NCBI GenBank assembly: GCA_040285855.1
Contig: JAUFOQ010000016.1
Coordinates: forward strand, 1,302,001-1,366,000
Direction: 5' to 3'
Source of the DNA: Eukaryota sp. GEM-RC1
Lineage: Eukaryota
Length of the DNA stretch: 64,000 nt
A program made the position numbers and the translations under genes. Below the pieces are notes generated by a model, which saw only the letters and a list, made by a program, of their open reading frames with translations, was not told the DNA's origin and searched no databases. Shown here piece by piece: positions 45,673-57,174 of the stretch (positions are counted from its first letter, which is position 1; the number at the start of each line of letters is the position of its first letter).

Positions 45673-46101
45673 TTAAAATTCTTTTATAATTGGAAAACAA
45701 ACTACGAAAACTGTCGGACCCCAAATAGCCAGATTTTCTCCATCTTCAGTCTGAATCATAAGCCTATCCTCACCAGAAGCTGCTTCAGGATGATTTGGTC
45801 CTTTATAGCGAGTAATTGACACCTTTTCAATCATGTTGTCGACAAAATACTGTAATTGGGAAAGAACCTCTTCAGTTGCGACATTTACGATCAAACAATA
45901 GTCCTCTATTCTTGTTCGAAATCCTTGACCTCCCGAGCAAAATATTGGATATTTCTTACAGAGGTCTGTTTTCGTAGTTACCAGTTCTGTGTTGCGAGCA
46001 CGTGATTTCTTTGCAAAAGTTGTCACTGACAGTGATCGTTTGGGATCTATTGAGTCGGGTGTAAACACAGGATCAGATTCAGTAGCTAGTTGAAGACGCA
46101 T
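45673..46101 (-). CDS. Hypothetical protein, 142 aa
   Basis: ATG-started ORF with coding-like composition; family not recognised. Confidence 0.55.
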   Translation of the reverse strand: MRLQLATESDPVFTPDSIDPKRSLSVTTFAKKSRARNTELVTTKTDLCKKYPIFCSGGQGFRTRIEDYCLIVNVATEEVLSQLQYFVDNMIEKVSITRYKGPNHPEAASGEDRLMIQTEDGENLAIWGPTVFVVCFPIIKEF

Positions 46102-46183
46102 TAAACAAGAAAATCCTTTGCGAAGTAGTAAAGGCCTTCGTAATGTAGAGAAATCCGGTACATATACAGTGTATATTGATCAA

Positions 46184-47083
46184 TTAGTGAAATAAATCAA
46201 CAAAACTACTTCTGAAAAGCTTAAACCCAAGACTTTCAGAAATGAAAAAATTATTATCTAAAGTCACAGTAATATTAAGCTGAAATTGAACCTTAAAGTT
46301 ATCATCATCCGTACTCGAACAGACAAATAGTTTTGGAAAGAGTACATAGATGGGAAGCTCAATGTTACGGGGAGGATCGTCCATGGCCAGCTGAATATTC
46401 ATTATCTCAGTACTTTCAGTGGCTCGATCATTTATTGGTCCAATAGTTTCTATTCGTAGGACTTGAGCTTCAATTGACTTAATTTTGTTTTCACAATTTG
46501 TGATGGTGAGACTTCCTGTTAGAGGACGTGACAGGTCACAAAGACAGGAGTCCAGTTTCCCTTCAATTGAAAAATGAGGGAGAGCGTCTGCATCTGCGGA
46601 ATTACGTAAACTGTCTTTGGTGATAGAAAATGGCAGAGGTTTCGGATCGACTTGCTTAGTCACCGGTATAAGAATGTAGAATTCAGAGGTCTTTTCCATA
46701 GATTTGCCAAAGAGGCCTCCTTGAATATGGGCAGTAAGCATGTAATTTACAGAGACATAAACTCCGGAATATGATTCAAAGAGACGCTTTCCTTCCAATG
46801 GCTTTAGAGTGAGCTGGAAGGGGAATTCTACTTCGCCTTCTGGTAGTTTCCCTGGTTCTTCGACAGTGACTTCCTCCTCAAGTATCTTGTTAGAAGTTGA
46901 TCCAGAAGCGAAAGAATCAAGAACTCCATCTCTGAAGGCATGAAGATTAACTACACCCTCTGCTTTGACAGTGATGCCCATATGCTTGCGTTTTGAAGCA
47001 GATTGGATAACTACAAAGCCATCAAGGACATCGCCAGGAATAAAAGAAGCGTTTGGCTTGTTAAGACGAATGGACAAACTCAT
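46184..47083 (-). CDS. VPS26C: Retriever subunit VPS26C/DSCR3
   Basis: LFESYSGVYVSVNY, IKSIEAQVLRIET, TEIMNIQLA, PIYVLFPKLFVC. Confidence 0.88.
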   Translation of the reverse strand: MSLSIRLNKPNASFIPGDVLDGFVVIQSASKRKHMGITVKAEGVVNLHAFRDGVLDSFASGSTSNKILEEEVTVEEPGKLPEGEVEFPFQLTLKPLEGKRLFESYSGVYVSVNYMLTAHIQGGLFGKSMEKTSEFYILIPVTKQVDPKPLPFSITKDSLRNSADADALPHFSIEGKLDSCLCDLSRPLTGSLTITNCENKIKSIEAQVLRIETIGPINDRATESTEIMNIQLAMDDPPRNIELPIYVLFPKLFVCSSTDDDNFKVQFQLNITVTLDNNFFISESLGFKLFRSSFVDLFH

Positions 47084-47153
47084 TGTAGATTTTCTCAAAT
47101 CGAAGTCCTCTCATCTTCATTTTGGTTCCAGTTCTTAAGTCTTTAAAGAACAA

Positions 47154-48176
47154 ATGATGCCAAGACGACCCAAATTATGTCTCTCTTGTGCACCCGTGTC
47201 CTTAAGTATTCCAAACCACTTCATTTCTGCTACATCTAAATCTGAATTGTCTACTACCTACAATTATCTCACCTCATCTTCTTCTTTTCAGTATGTCAGG
47301 ATTGCCACTCAGTCTTTCAATCATGGCTGTTGGATCTATATCAACATCACCTGCTATCTGATACGTCGAAAACATCATCCAAATCATTGATCTCATTTGT
47401 TGATTTCTTCCAGATCACAATTAAACCACTTCTGTTTCTTCTTTTTGTATCTGGTTTTGCTTATGAATTACTCAATTGTCCTTTTGACTTTTCCTTCTCT
47501 TTGTCACTATTACTACAGTTTGTTATAACTTTGGTTCTTTTTCTGTGTTTATTGTCTAGGCGACTGTTTATTGTTGTTTTTATTGTTGTTACTGTTGTGG
47601 TAATTGATTACTTTTCTTTATTTAATACCATCGTTTATGCTAGTTCTTATTGGTTTTTTCCTTTATTAGGATTAAATATTCTTCTTTTTAAGTCACTTCT
47701 CAGAATTCATTCCAATGTAGACTTCTCGACCTTGTCCATCAGTACCTTTAATCACACTAATCATCCTTTTTGTCTGGAATCGTTTCTTCATTTAGTAAGT
47801 AACAGTTTTCAACGGATTAAGTTAGTGATCTTGACTTTGATTTCAATTTTAACTACTACAATTCGTTCTCTTTCATCAGAAAAGTTTTCTTTAAGTAGAG
47901 TTCATCTCTTCATCTCCTTGTCATGTTTACTGCTCCTTGTCGTTCTAAGTCCTCTGTCTCCTTTATTCTTCTTCCTTCTTGCTTCTCCTTCTTTTTTTGG
48001 TTTTGTTGGCAATCTCTGTTGATTTCTTTTCTTTTTCTCCCTTCCTTACACTTCTGTTCTTTTGTTATTCTGTTTGTTTAGTTATACTGTGGACATGTTC
48101 TTCTGTTCTTTCTGTAGTTTTTGTCACTATAATTGTTCTGTCTCTTTTTTTAATTGTCTTGTCAATTAATGAGTAG
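47154..48176 (+). CDS. Multi-pass membrane protein, split over three frames
   Basis: Overlapping ORFs 47154-47390, 47330-48022 and 47979-48176 with several hydrophobic stretches. Confidence 0.5.
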
Positions 48177-48745
48177 AACTAAAAGCTGAATTTTTCTTGG
48201 AACTCTCTGTAATGCTCGACATTGATCGAATCCACTTTTTCCTGAAATCGACTTTTAATTTAGTTATTTTGAATCCACAGAATTTTGTTGGTGTGTCTCA
48301 GCTTGTTGGATTTCATCTTTTTAGTGTGATAACTGTATTTTTATTGAACTATCCTTGAAAACTATTCTTTTCATACTAGAAAATAGTATTTTAGTTTTAA
48401 TAGTTTATTTGCCACAAACAAAATTCAAATGCATTGAAAGACAATGTAAGGGGTTAATTTTCTGACATGAAAACCAGGGGCCGTCGAATCACCACATTTG
48501 CAGAAAAATCAAAATTGTGTTATATTTAAAAACAGACTCTGACCAAATGCACCATACTAATTTATTTTTCCAATTAGTGAACCAATCAAACTCCCCAACT
48601 TCAATCAAAAACAAAAGAACCAGATTAACCACGTCAATTTATACATATAAACAAAACTAACTGTGACGTTCTAGATATCATGTTCATTCTAGAAGCGCAA
48701 AAAGTATGGTAATACCAACTACTCATAAATAACTAATAAATTATC

Positions 48746-49837
48746 TCATCTCCTATACACATCAGTCATTGATAGACAAGTTAAAGCCATATGAGGCTCC
48801 TGATCCGAATGACGTATTGATTGGTTTAAAAGGGAAGGTGAAAACAAACCTTCCTCATCAAAACACTTATACCAGCAAACCTTACCACTAGTATCAGCAG
48901 TAAAGACATGTTCACCATCAAAGGTACAAAGACTGTCTAGAATGGAATAACAATGAGGAGAAGGTGTGAAGTAAACCAGATCCATGGAAAACAGTTTAGG
49001 AGAGTCAATATCAGATGAAATAGACAAGTTATAGATAGCAACCTCCCCATGTAGTCCCCCAATTGACAGCACAGCAGAGGAGTTAGATTTACCAGTGAAG
49101 GCGGGGAATGAAGCGAGAGTAACAGTAGACACAAAGCGACACTTGGTATCGAAAATGAAGGGACCTTTCCACTGATTAGTAAAGGAACTAGTCTCTGGAA
49201 GCTTGTAGAGGACCACACGACCATCAGAGAGGCCTGCTACAAGGGTAAGAAGTTCGTAGCACAGTGAAAGCTTAGTGAAATAGGGACTTTTGACTGGAGG
49301 AAGTCCTGGTATTATTGAAGGTGTAGAAGGTAGGGGATCTGTAGTGGTGGTTGCATTTGCTTGGATATCCCAGTGTACGATTCCTTCGCCGGTAGCTAGT
49401 AGAAGTGACGATAGACATCTGTCTGGGGACAGTGGGATACAATGGTAAACACGAGAAGGAACCTGTACCTTTTGAGAAAGTTTTCGCTCTGCTAGATCCC
49501 ATATTCTGGCAGAACCATCGTCACCAGCAGTATAGATCATGGAACGTCGTGAGCTAAAATGACCAATGGTGTTGATAGCCGAACTGTGACAGTCTTCATG
49601 TATAGAGTAAGCAGGAAACACATTTCCAGGAGAAGATTCACGATCAAAGACATAAATTTGAGAGTAACACCCAACAGAAAGGTAACGACCATCAGTTGAA
49701 AAGCCAACTGAACCAACACTTCCTTTAGAACAAGGAAAAGACCGACTTCTAGTAACAGATGGTAAACTCCAAGTGCAGACCGTATTGTCTAAGCCTGCAG
49801 AAGCAAGAAGTACTTCACTTCTGAAGTCGCTTCTCAT
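48746..49837 (-). CDS. LST8: WD40 protein, LST8-like (TOR complex subunit)
   Basis: N-terminal VLLASAGLDNTVCTW and MIYTAGDDGSARIWDL resemble LST8 blades. Confidence 0.62.
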   Translation of the reverse strand: MRSDFRSEVLLASAGLDNTVCTWSLPSVTRSRSFPCSKGSVGSVGFSTDGRYLSVGCYSQIYVFDRESSPGNVFPAYSIHEDCHSSAINTIGHFSSRRSMIYTAGDDGSARIWDLAERKLSQKVQVPSRVYHCIPLSPDRCLSSLLLATGEGIVHWDIQANATTTTDPLPSTPSIIPGLPPVKSPYFTKLSLCYELLTLVAGLSDGRVVLYKLPETSSFTNQWKGPFIFDTKCRFVSTVTLASFPAFTGKSNSSAVLSIGGLHGEVAIYNLSISSDIDSPKLFSMDLVYFTPSPHCYSILDSLCTFDGEHVFTADTSGKVCWYKCFDEEGLFSPSLLNQSIRHSDQEPHMALTCLSMTDVYRR

Positions 49838-51028
49838 TGAAAAACAGATGTTATTGAGCAACTTTTACATTTGAGTTCTAATCCGTTTCTCAATTAAATT
49901 CTCAGAATCGTGACGCTACTAATAGAAATCACAGAACAGTACTGATTTTTAATCGAGCTGTCAAACGCAAGTCATACAAATTGTATGATACATTAACGGA
50001 CATCCTATCTGAGTTTCACTTGGCTTAGTCAAATGACTCAAGTCGTGTTGTGATTTGCACTTTATTCGAAGAATCTCAAAATCCAAGTTTACGAAAAAAC
50101 CAAGTTCATATTACGATCAGAGTACTGACTAGGATGGATAGCAGTGATCGTCAAACCGTACAAAATATATAGCGTACATATCATACCTATATAACGGTAC
50201 GGTTCCAACTGTTGCTTTTTTTAAAAAATAGAGTGTCTCAAATATATTTATCTGCAAAAGCGTATATTTCACTGATTGATCATCAACCCCATTTTTTATT
50301 TGTGATTCAAAGCAGGGGTGTGAAAACAATTTTGCAATAAATATAAACTTATTTTAGCCACAAAATAACTATTACAATTCTTCAACCAATATTGCCATAT
50401 TTCAGTATTGCAACAATAAGAATCATATTATGTATTTATCACAAACAAACCCACATATTCTGCTGTCCATCATCGTCAAACGTATCCGAAATAATATCAA
50501 TACCATTGTCTTCGTCTTCGAATTTTTTACTGCTCATGATATGTTCTAAAGTAACATCATCCCAAAAATATCTGTTGTATTTCATCATTATTTAAAGACG
50601 TATAGTATTTCAAGTCTGGAGGGCGTCAGAGAAAATCACTTCAACTGAAAGAATTTACATTGTACTTCAGTAAACACTCGAACTGAGCTCAAATGACGGA
50701 CACCATGACAGTGCAACAACTAGAAATCATTACCAATAAAACAGCTCTCACTAAATCTAAACATATAAATCAACAAAACTGGTTTTTGAAGTCCAAATGG
50801 AGCAGCAAAACACCGAAATGAACAACTACAGTACAAGTATATTGGCAATATTGCATAAATGCAATAATTAACCGGTGTAACAATAAATATTGCTCCACTT
50901 CAAAGAGCGGAAATAAATATTGGAGCAATATTGATTGCAATTTTGGAAAAGCAACATTGTTTTTATATTCCGATTGAAAGCAATTTGTGTGAACTAATTT
51001 TGTCCAACTTCTGTTCTTTTCTGATGTC

Positions 51029-52342
51029 ATGATAGTGTCGAATCGAAGGCTGTTCACCCGTAAAACCTTTCTCACTAAAATCATCCATGATTTCCGTAAC
51101 TCTCAAACCACGGCGGAATCTCCCAGATTGAACAATTCTCCTTCTGTTGCTCTTGCTACACCTCCTATAATAGATTCCCGCATGTCGTCACCACTTTTGA
51201 ACTCCATACGCAATAATTCCCCATCATCTATAACTCCTCTAAGGTCATCCCTGTCCATATCCTCAGAGGATTCACCTTCACCTACTACTGAGTCTCCTGA
51301 CAGCTCTCAATCCCTTTTATCACGTTTACTGGCCAAATATCCCACGTACTATACCAACGAAGTCCAACAATTCACCTTTCACATCAATCTTGTACATCCT
51401 GAACTTCCAGAAACCTCTCAACAGGTACAACTGAAGCTCTCACCGTCTCTGACAGTCTCTGCTGTCATCTCCACTCTTCTAGCTCATCTTAATGACTCTT
51501 TCCCTTCTAACTCCCCTGCTTTCATCCAAACACCTTCCTATTACGACCTTAAAATGATTGATGATTTTGCCTTTTCAGAAGATGATTATGATCTTCCTAT
51601 TGACCATTCCAGTCGATTATCTGATTTAGGAGACGACGAGTACATTTTGACCTTCTCCTCCCTACATCCTCTCCTAAAACAACTTGAGCTCTACATCGAC
51701 GTCGAAGGAGTGCACTTTCCCCTCAAAGTCAATGGTCAGTCTACAGGTGGTCATGTTCTGAGACTTCTTGAAGAGCAAGGAGTAGAAGTTGGGGGCAGAG
51801 TTCTGTTATGTGAACCAGGACCTTTAACTACGGTTCAAGCAGTGCAAAAGAACATTGTAGTTAATCCAATGGATACGTTGCTGTCGGTGATTAAGCCTTT
51901 TCTACATGATGATAGAGTTTGTCATTTCTCTTTGGTTGTACCTCAAGTACTAGCGGATTCATTGAAGTTCTATTTCAACGACAAGATTGTGTCTGAGTAC
52001 GTAGAGTATGCAGTAATTAAGATCAATCGGGCAGGTGTACGTCAGCATCGCATCATGGGGATTGACACGCAGAAAGTGCATAATATTTTACCCAGGGCTC
52101 AGGATATTATTAAATATGTGTGGAAAAGAAAAAGACCTGTAACTAGATTTTGGTTTGTTAGAGATATTGTTGATATTAATCTGTTAGGGAGACGGTCTTT
52201 TACAATTGTTTATAACAAGACTACAACGGTTAACAATAGGCTAGTTGTTCCTTATGAAGCTTACACGCAGAAGGACGCGCTGGAAATTGTTTATAGGTTG
52301 AAATATTTGCAGGAGAGAAAATTTAATAATTCTGGAACTTGA
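51029..52342 (+). CDS. SIN1: SIN1/Avo1-like TORC2 subunit (CRIM-like and C-terminal PH-like domains)
   Basis: LTVSAVI..YDLKMIDD..DYDLPID (CRIM-like); EYAVIKINRAGVRQHRIMGID..VHN and YEA..DALEIVYRLKYL (SIN1 PH-like). Confidence 0.68.
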   Translation: MIVSNRRLFTRKTFLTKIIHDFRNSQTTAESPRLNNSPSVALATPPIIDSRMSSPLLNSIRNNSPSSITPLRSSLSISSEDSPSPTTESPDSSQSLLSRLLAKYPTYYTNEVQQFTFHINLVHPELPETSQQVQLKLSPSLTVSAVISTLLAHLNDSFPSNSPAFIQTPSYYDLKMIDDFAFSEDDYDLPIDHSSRLSDLGDDEYILTFSSLHPLLKQLELYIDVEGVHFPLKVNGQSTGGHVLRLLEEQGVEVGGRVLLCEPGPLTTVQAVQKNIVVNPMDTLLSVIKPFLHDDRVCHFSLVVPQVLADSLKFYFNDKIVSEYVEYAVIKINRAGVRQHRIMGIDTQKVHNILPRAQDIIKYVWKRKRPVTRFWFVRDIVDINLLGRRSFTIVYNKTTTVNNRLVVPYEAYTQKDALEIVYRLKYLQERKFNNSGT

Positions 52343-53045
52343 GATTTGTTTTTTTAGTCTAAGTTTATTGGACGAGTTTTTGTCACGGTTTTGTATAGTA
52401 TGTTTGTTAAATCAAATAGATTGTTTAATGATTCAACTCCTTTTGCGTCATTTGATTATGCTAGTGGTTTATTGAGATTTTTTCTTTCACTTAAAGATAC
52501 ATTTGATAAAGATGTTAGTAATTTGAACTTTAATGCCTTCTTATTTTCTAGTGTTTGAATGTTGGTGTGTTACTAGTATATTCATCACCAATATTGAAAT
52601 TTCCGCTTTTCCTAACCGGGGCAAATTTATATAATGTACATTCGGTGCTCAAAAAGTAACATTGATTCGAAAATTTGAATTTGAATATGAATTTGTACAA
52701 ACAAAACACCAACACCCTCTCTCACTATCTTTTGGCCCCTTCTGATAACAGGATACGTTTTTTGATATCTTTCCTTTTGAAATGCAGACATACAAGTAAT
52801 GCAAATATTTCAGAAAGAACCCATTGATTATTTTAGGGGTCATAATCTTTGAGCAAGTTACAGACTCATAGGTCGACATTTATCGTAAAATGAACAGTAG
52901 AGTGCCTGTAGAAATACTAGACATTTAGTGAATACAGTGTATTACCAAATCAAATCAAAGTTGAAAGACTTTCCTAAAAGAGTAAGATTGGGTAAACAAA
53001 TGAAAATGCAATCTATTTAAACAAATAACCATGTACAATAATTTA

Positions 53046-53957
53046 TTAACAACTACAACTAGAACCTTCCGACGGCGATTCCTTTGTAGTATTAGTACAC
53101 CGTATTTCATCAACAGTCTTCGATTTAACAACATCTGAAGAACAAAACTCATCAAGATCCACATTCGAATACCTGTCAACATCTTTATCTTCACGTTTAC
53201 TCTGTTCCAAATGTCTCCACAGTAGTACAGATGCCATTCGATCAAACAGTTCTTCAATTCCATCCCCAGTTCTAGCGCTAACCTCCATATACTCCGCTGA
53301 AATCCCTGCTGCAACTTCCTCTCCTTCCTTCTTCGATACACATCCCCAAGCTCCAACATTACCTGAGCCATCATAATTAATTTCTGAACTGCTCCGTGAG
53401 TGTGGTGCAGGGGAAACTGAACGAGCAGAGGACGGTCGTAAATCAGTTTTAAGACCAGCAACAAATAACAGAGGTCTAGATTCATCGTTAGTACAAACAT
53501 CATCAACACGAGAACACCACAGCGGGACATTGGAAAGACTACGAGGTGATGATACATCAAAACATAGAAGAGCAGCGTTAGCCCCCCTAAAGTAATTAGA
53601 GGTGATACCAAGGGAGCGTTCTTGTCCTGCAGTGTCCCAGAGATGAAGTGTAACATTACAGCCTTCTATAACATACTGTTGCGTGGAGTAATCAACGCTG
53701 ACAGTGGCATGATAGAATGGAGAGAATTCCCCTTTAGTAAGTCTATTAACGAGAGTAGTTTTTCCGACTGCGGCATCGCCAATAATACAAACTTTGAAAG
53801 CAAAGTCATTACCGTTGTCGAGATCCGTTTCGGCTAGAAGACGAACAAGTCGAGTGGCAAGAGAAGGTTGAGATTCGTCATCTGTGGAGTCTTGGGGTTT
53901 ACCAGAACCTGGAACTAAACATCCTAAGGTAGGATAGCGTGTACCAACATTGCTCAT
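53046..53957 (-). CDS. Rab-family small GTPase with N-terminal extension
   Basis: GDAAVGKT, WDTAGQE, YFRGA, GLKTDL, EVSARTG, C-terminal CSC. Confidence 0.92.
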   Translation of the reverse strand: MSNVGTRYPTLGCLVPGSGKPQDSTDDESQPSLATRLVRLLAETDLDNGNDFAFKVCIIGDAAVGKTTLVNRLTKGEFSPFYHATVSVDYSTQQYVIEGCNVTLHLWDTAGQERSLGITSNYFRGANAALLCFDVSSPRSLSNVPLWCSRVDDVCTNDESRPLLFVAGLKTDLRPSSARSVSPAPHSRSSSEINYDGSGNVGAWGCVSKKEGEEVAAGISAEYMEVSARTGDGIEELFDRMASVLLWRHLEQSKREDKDVDRYSNVDLDEFCSSDVVKSKTVDEIRCTNTTKESPSEGSSCSC

Positions 53958-54267
53958 TAAGGATTACAAATACTGTGCTAAATTTTCCAACTTAAGAAAC
54001 AAAGATCATCACTTTCTTATGTTTTGTGTGTGCAGTGTAGAGCTTTTTGAACAGATGATATATCCTACCATTGATTTTATGACAAACTAAAATGCTATTA
54101 ATTCCAGGAATTAATAGCATTTTAGTTTAATATGTACCGTTTGTGTTCCCTGAATACTTTGATTTACGTCTCATGAGTGGATTTACACGCAACAAAGATC
54201 GATCCAATGTACATTATTCTGTAGATTGGATCGGATCGAAATTGCATTTTCCCCTTTCTTAGTCTTA

Positions 54268-55404
54268 ATGAAGCTTTTATACCTCTTTCTTGTTCTATTT
54301 ACCTTTACTACAGCGTCTCTAATGAACTCTCGTTTTGTATCCGTAACCCATGGGTCTGAGTTCGACCCTACATCTGGTGTGAGTTTGGGACATATACTTA
54401 AGGACGACATCATGACTCTTTATAGTGCTAAACTTCAACAGTGGAAACATTACGAAACTCTTTGGGATACCATTGTTGCATCTGCTTTGAAACAGATTTC
54501 CACTCATGCACCACGTTCTCTTCAAGAACTCAAGGGAATGGCCATTGGCATGTCTCACGACTCAAAACAGTCTGTAGAGTTCTTCATGAACGTTCTTTTG
54601 AGGCTAAACACCGAGTACGAGCTCCTTTTCTACTCCCAACAACACTCTTCCCCCGTCTTTTTCAATGAAGATGTTGGTAAGTGTACGGGCTTTGTGTTAC
54701 GACGTCAAAAGAATCCTACTTTCATGGACGCTTTCGCTGGTCAAAACAACGATGAACAACCTTCGTCTTGGTTAAATGGAACTCTAGACAAAGTAATTTC
54801 CATCCACTACGCTCATTCCAATAAGCACCACTTCATCTACACCCACCCTGGGTACCTCGCCTACATGGGTTCTAATAACGAAGGACTTGGAATACTATGG
54901 GAGTATGTTAATACAGGGGAATTAGCTGATTTGGAAGTTGGAGGAGTACCCACTCAATTCCTAATTAGAGAAGTTCTGTTTCTAGATAGTACCGAACAGG
55001 TAACTGAGTATTTAGCTAATTCTCCGCGGTTTATTTGTAACAACTTTCAAGTGGCTTCATTGAGTGGTGTGGCTAATATCGAACTGACGCCATCGAGGGA
55101 AAACGTTGTGTCCATGAATGTTGGGGATATTTCTCATGCTAATCACTATGTTTTTGATGACGAGATGATTGATAGAGATCTGGTGAAGTCTCCAACGACT
55201 GTAGATAGATATAAAATGATGAGGAAGCAAATGACACGTGTGCGAGGTGATTTTTCACTGGAACGTGGTAAAGAAGTGTTGTCTGTTGAACCTGTTCTCA
55301 ATTATAAGACATTAGCGTCAATGGTGTTTGATTTGAAAAGGAATATCATGACCATTAGATTCAAGGACGATAATGATTGGCAAGTATATTATATGCCTAA
55401 ATAA
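54268..55404 (+). CDS. Secreted peptidase C45 / Ntn-hydrolase (acyl-CoA:6-APA acyltransferase-like)
   Basis: Signal peptide MKLLYLFLVLFTFTTA; ELKGMAIG, LNTEYE, KC-T nucleophile, AGQNND, GSNNEGLGI, HANHY. Confidence 0.8.
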   Translation: MKLLYLFLVLFTFTTASLMNSRFVSVTHGSEFDPTSGVSLGHILKDDIMTLYSAKLQQWKHYETLWDTIVASALKQISTHAPRSLQELKGMAIGMSHDSKQSVEFFMNVLLRLNTEYELLFYSQQHSSPVFFNEDVGKCTGFVLRRQKNPTFMDAFAGQNNDEQPSSWLNGTLDKVISIHYAHSNKHHFIYTHPGYLAYMGSNNEGLGILWEYVNTGELADLEVGGVPTQFLIREVLFLDSTEQVTEYLANSPRFICNNFQVASLSGVANIELTPSRENVVSMNVGDISHANHYVFDDEMIDRDLVKSPTTVDRYKMMRKQMTRVRGDFSLERGKEVLSVEPVLNYKTLASMVFDLKRNIMTIRFKDDNDWQVYYMPK

Positions 55405-55564
55405 GGTAGCCCATATCTGAAATTTTTAAATTATTATTTATTTGCAACAATTAATTAAAACACTGATTGCAAGTACATTAGTTTAATTTTTCACAACAGC
55501 TCAGGAGTTGTCCTTGTATTGTTTTTTAGAATATACTTTGGAAAGCATCTATTCGGCACAAACA

Positions 55565-56750
55565 TGTAGGAATATTACATAAAAAACCATCAAACTCCTT
55601 GACATAAAAAAATCAAAATCATTGAAAAATTGCAAACACGGTTAAAGTGCGAATGGAACAATCGAAAACTTACATGTAGGCTTTTGTCGAAACCAATTAC
55701 TCTAAATTATGTGAATCTATTAAGTATACTTCAATTGAGTTCAATCCTTCAAGTAGAACCACCATCCTTATTATTATTAACAGATATTTGACGTGTTGTG
55801 TATCTCACAAAGCAAGCAGTAACAAAAGCCCTAAATTCAACCAACAAATACACACGGATCATGTACATTCCATACACAGAGGAATTCCCACAGGTCATCG
55901 TTCTAGAAGAATTACAATAGAAAAACCCAGTTTGTGGCACGCAGAAATGGACTTTTCATTCTCATCAGAAATGCTGCTCACGGATCCAATAGAGTTGTCT
56001 GTAATGGACACCCTTTGCGGGAGCCTTTGTATGTATGTTGGAATGACGTGTCAGTCATCGACGATGAGCTGTCTTCCACTAGACGGAGCCACATTGACTG
56101 GTGAGCTGGAAAGCGTGTCGGTCAGTGTGATGATTGTGGGGTATGGACGAGGCCAGATGATGGAGCAGTCATCACCCACAGCTCTGGACTAGAGGAAGAT
56201 CGCAGCTCTGAGATGTCGTGCGTCAGGAAAACGTACAGCATTGGCGACTGTTTTTGTCCATGTGGACCATTCTCTTTGTCTAGTACTGTTGTTTGTTCTC
56301 TGTTGTTGTGTGTATTCGATCACCAGAAATAAGTGATATAAGACACCTCCTTATGACTAACCCAATAAAAGATCTGTACAGAACACATGTTTGCAATATC
56401 AAAGCATGAGTGTTAGGAAAGCTTACATGTAGACACTTGGAGAAGCCATAACACAATCTTCTTTATTCAATGATTGAAACCATCGTTTCTGAAACTCCTT
56501 TCTCTACCAAGGAGGTTCAAGAGGCAATCTCATTGTTCATGGACAATGAACAGAATGGACTTGATGAAAAGACTTATGCCTTGCTTGACACTCTTTACAA
56601 TAGTCCGGCTGAAAGTTGCTGACGACTTTTTTTTGACTCAACGTCTAGTATTTATGGAACAAGAACACTAAGATAAACACAAATACTAGAAATATATTAT
56701 ATTATGCTGAGGACTTATGAGTTGGTCCTGTCTTATCTCTGTTTGGTACA
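55565..56750. repeat. Copy of the ~1.1 kb dispersed repeat lacking the RLE insertion
   Basis: Colinear with 6583-7132 plus 8355-8925. Confidence 0.85.
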
Positions 56751-56793
56751 CTGTCTGTAATATGTTGACATGTAGTCGTTTGATTATTCTGTA

Positions 56794-56913
56794 CACCAAT
56801 CGGTTTAATTAGTCTGGATAAAGAATTAGTCTGGTCCAGACTAATTCAAATTTTTGGACTCTAAAAACCTTTATAAGAGATAGTCTGGTCCAGACTATTT
56901 AAATCTATTGGTG
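56794..56913. mobile_element. 120-bp TA-flanked MITE with internal palindromes
   Basis: TA|CACCAATCGGTTTAATTAGTCTGGA ... TCCAGACTATTTAAATCTATTGGTG|TA; GAATTAGTCTGG-T-CCAGACTAATTC palindrome. Confidence 0.75.
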
Positions 56914-57174
56914 TAGTTTTCTTGATGTGCTTTTCCTCATTATGGTAGAGATAATTGCTTGTTTGAAATAGATCCTCACCCAATCCTTCATCGGAAAATT
57001 ACGAAGGTATACAAAATCCCTCTTTGGCAATGATATTTATCTGACAAATGAGAGGAGAATGATTTGCTTATATTTTCCTTCCGCATCAGTGATGTTAGAT
57101 GCACTGAACATACAATACACGTGTGTTTAATTAATAAATAGTAATTCTGAACCTATAAGATCATGTCAAAAACC

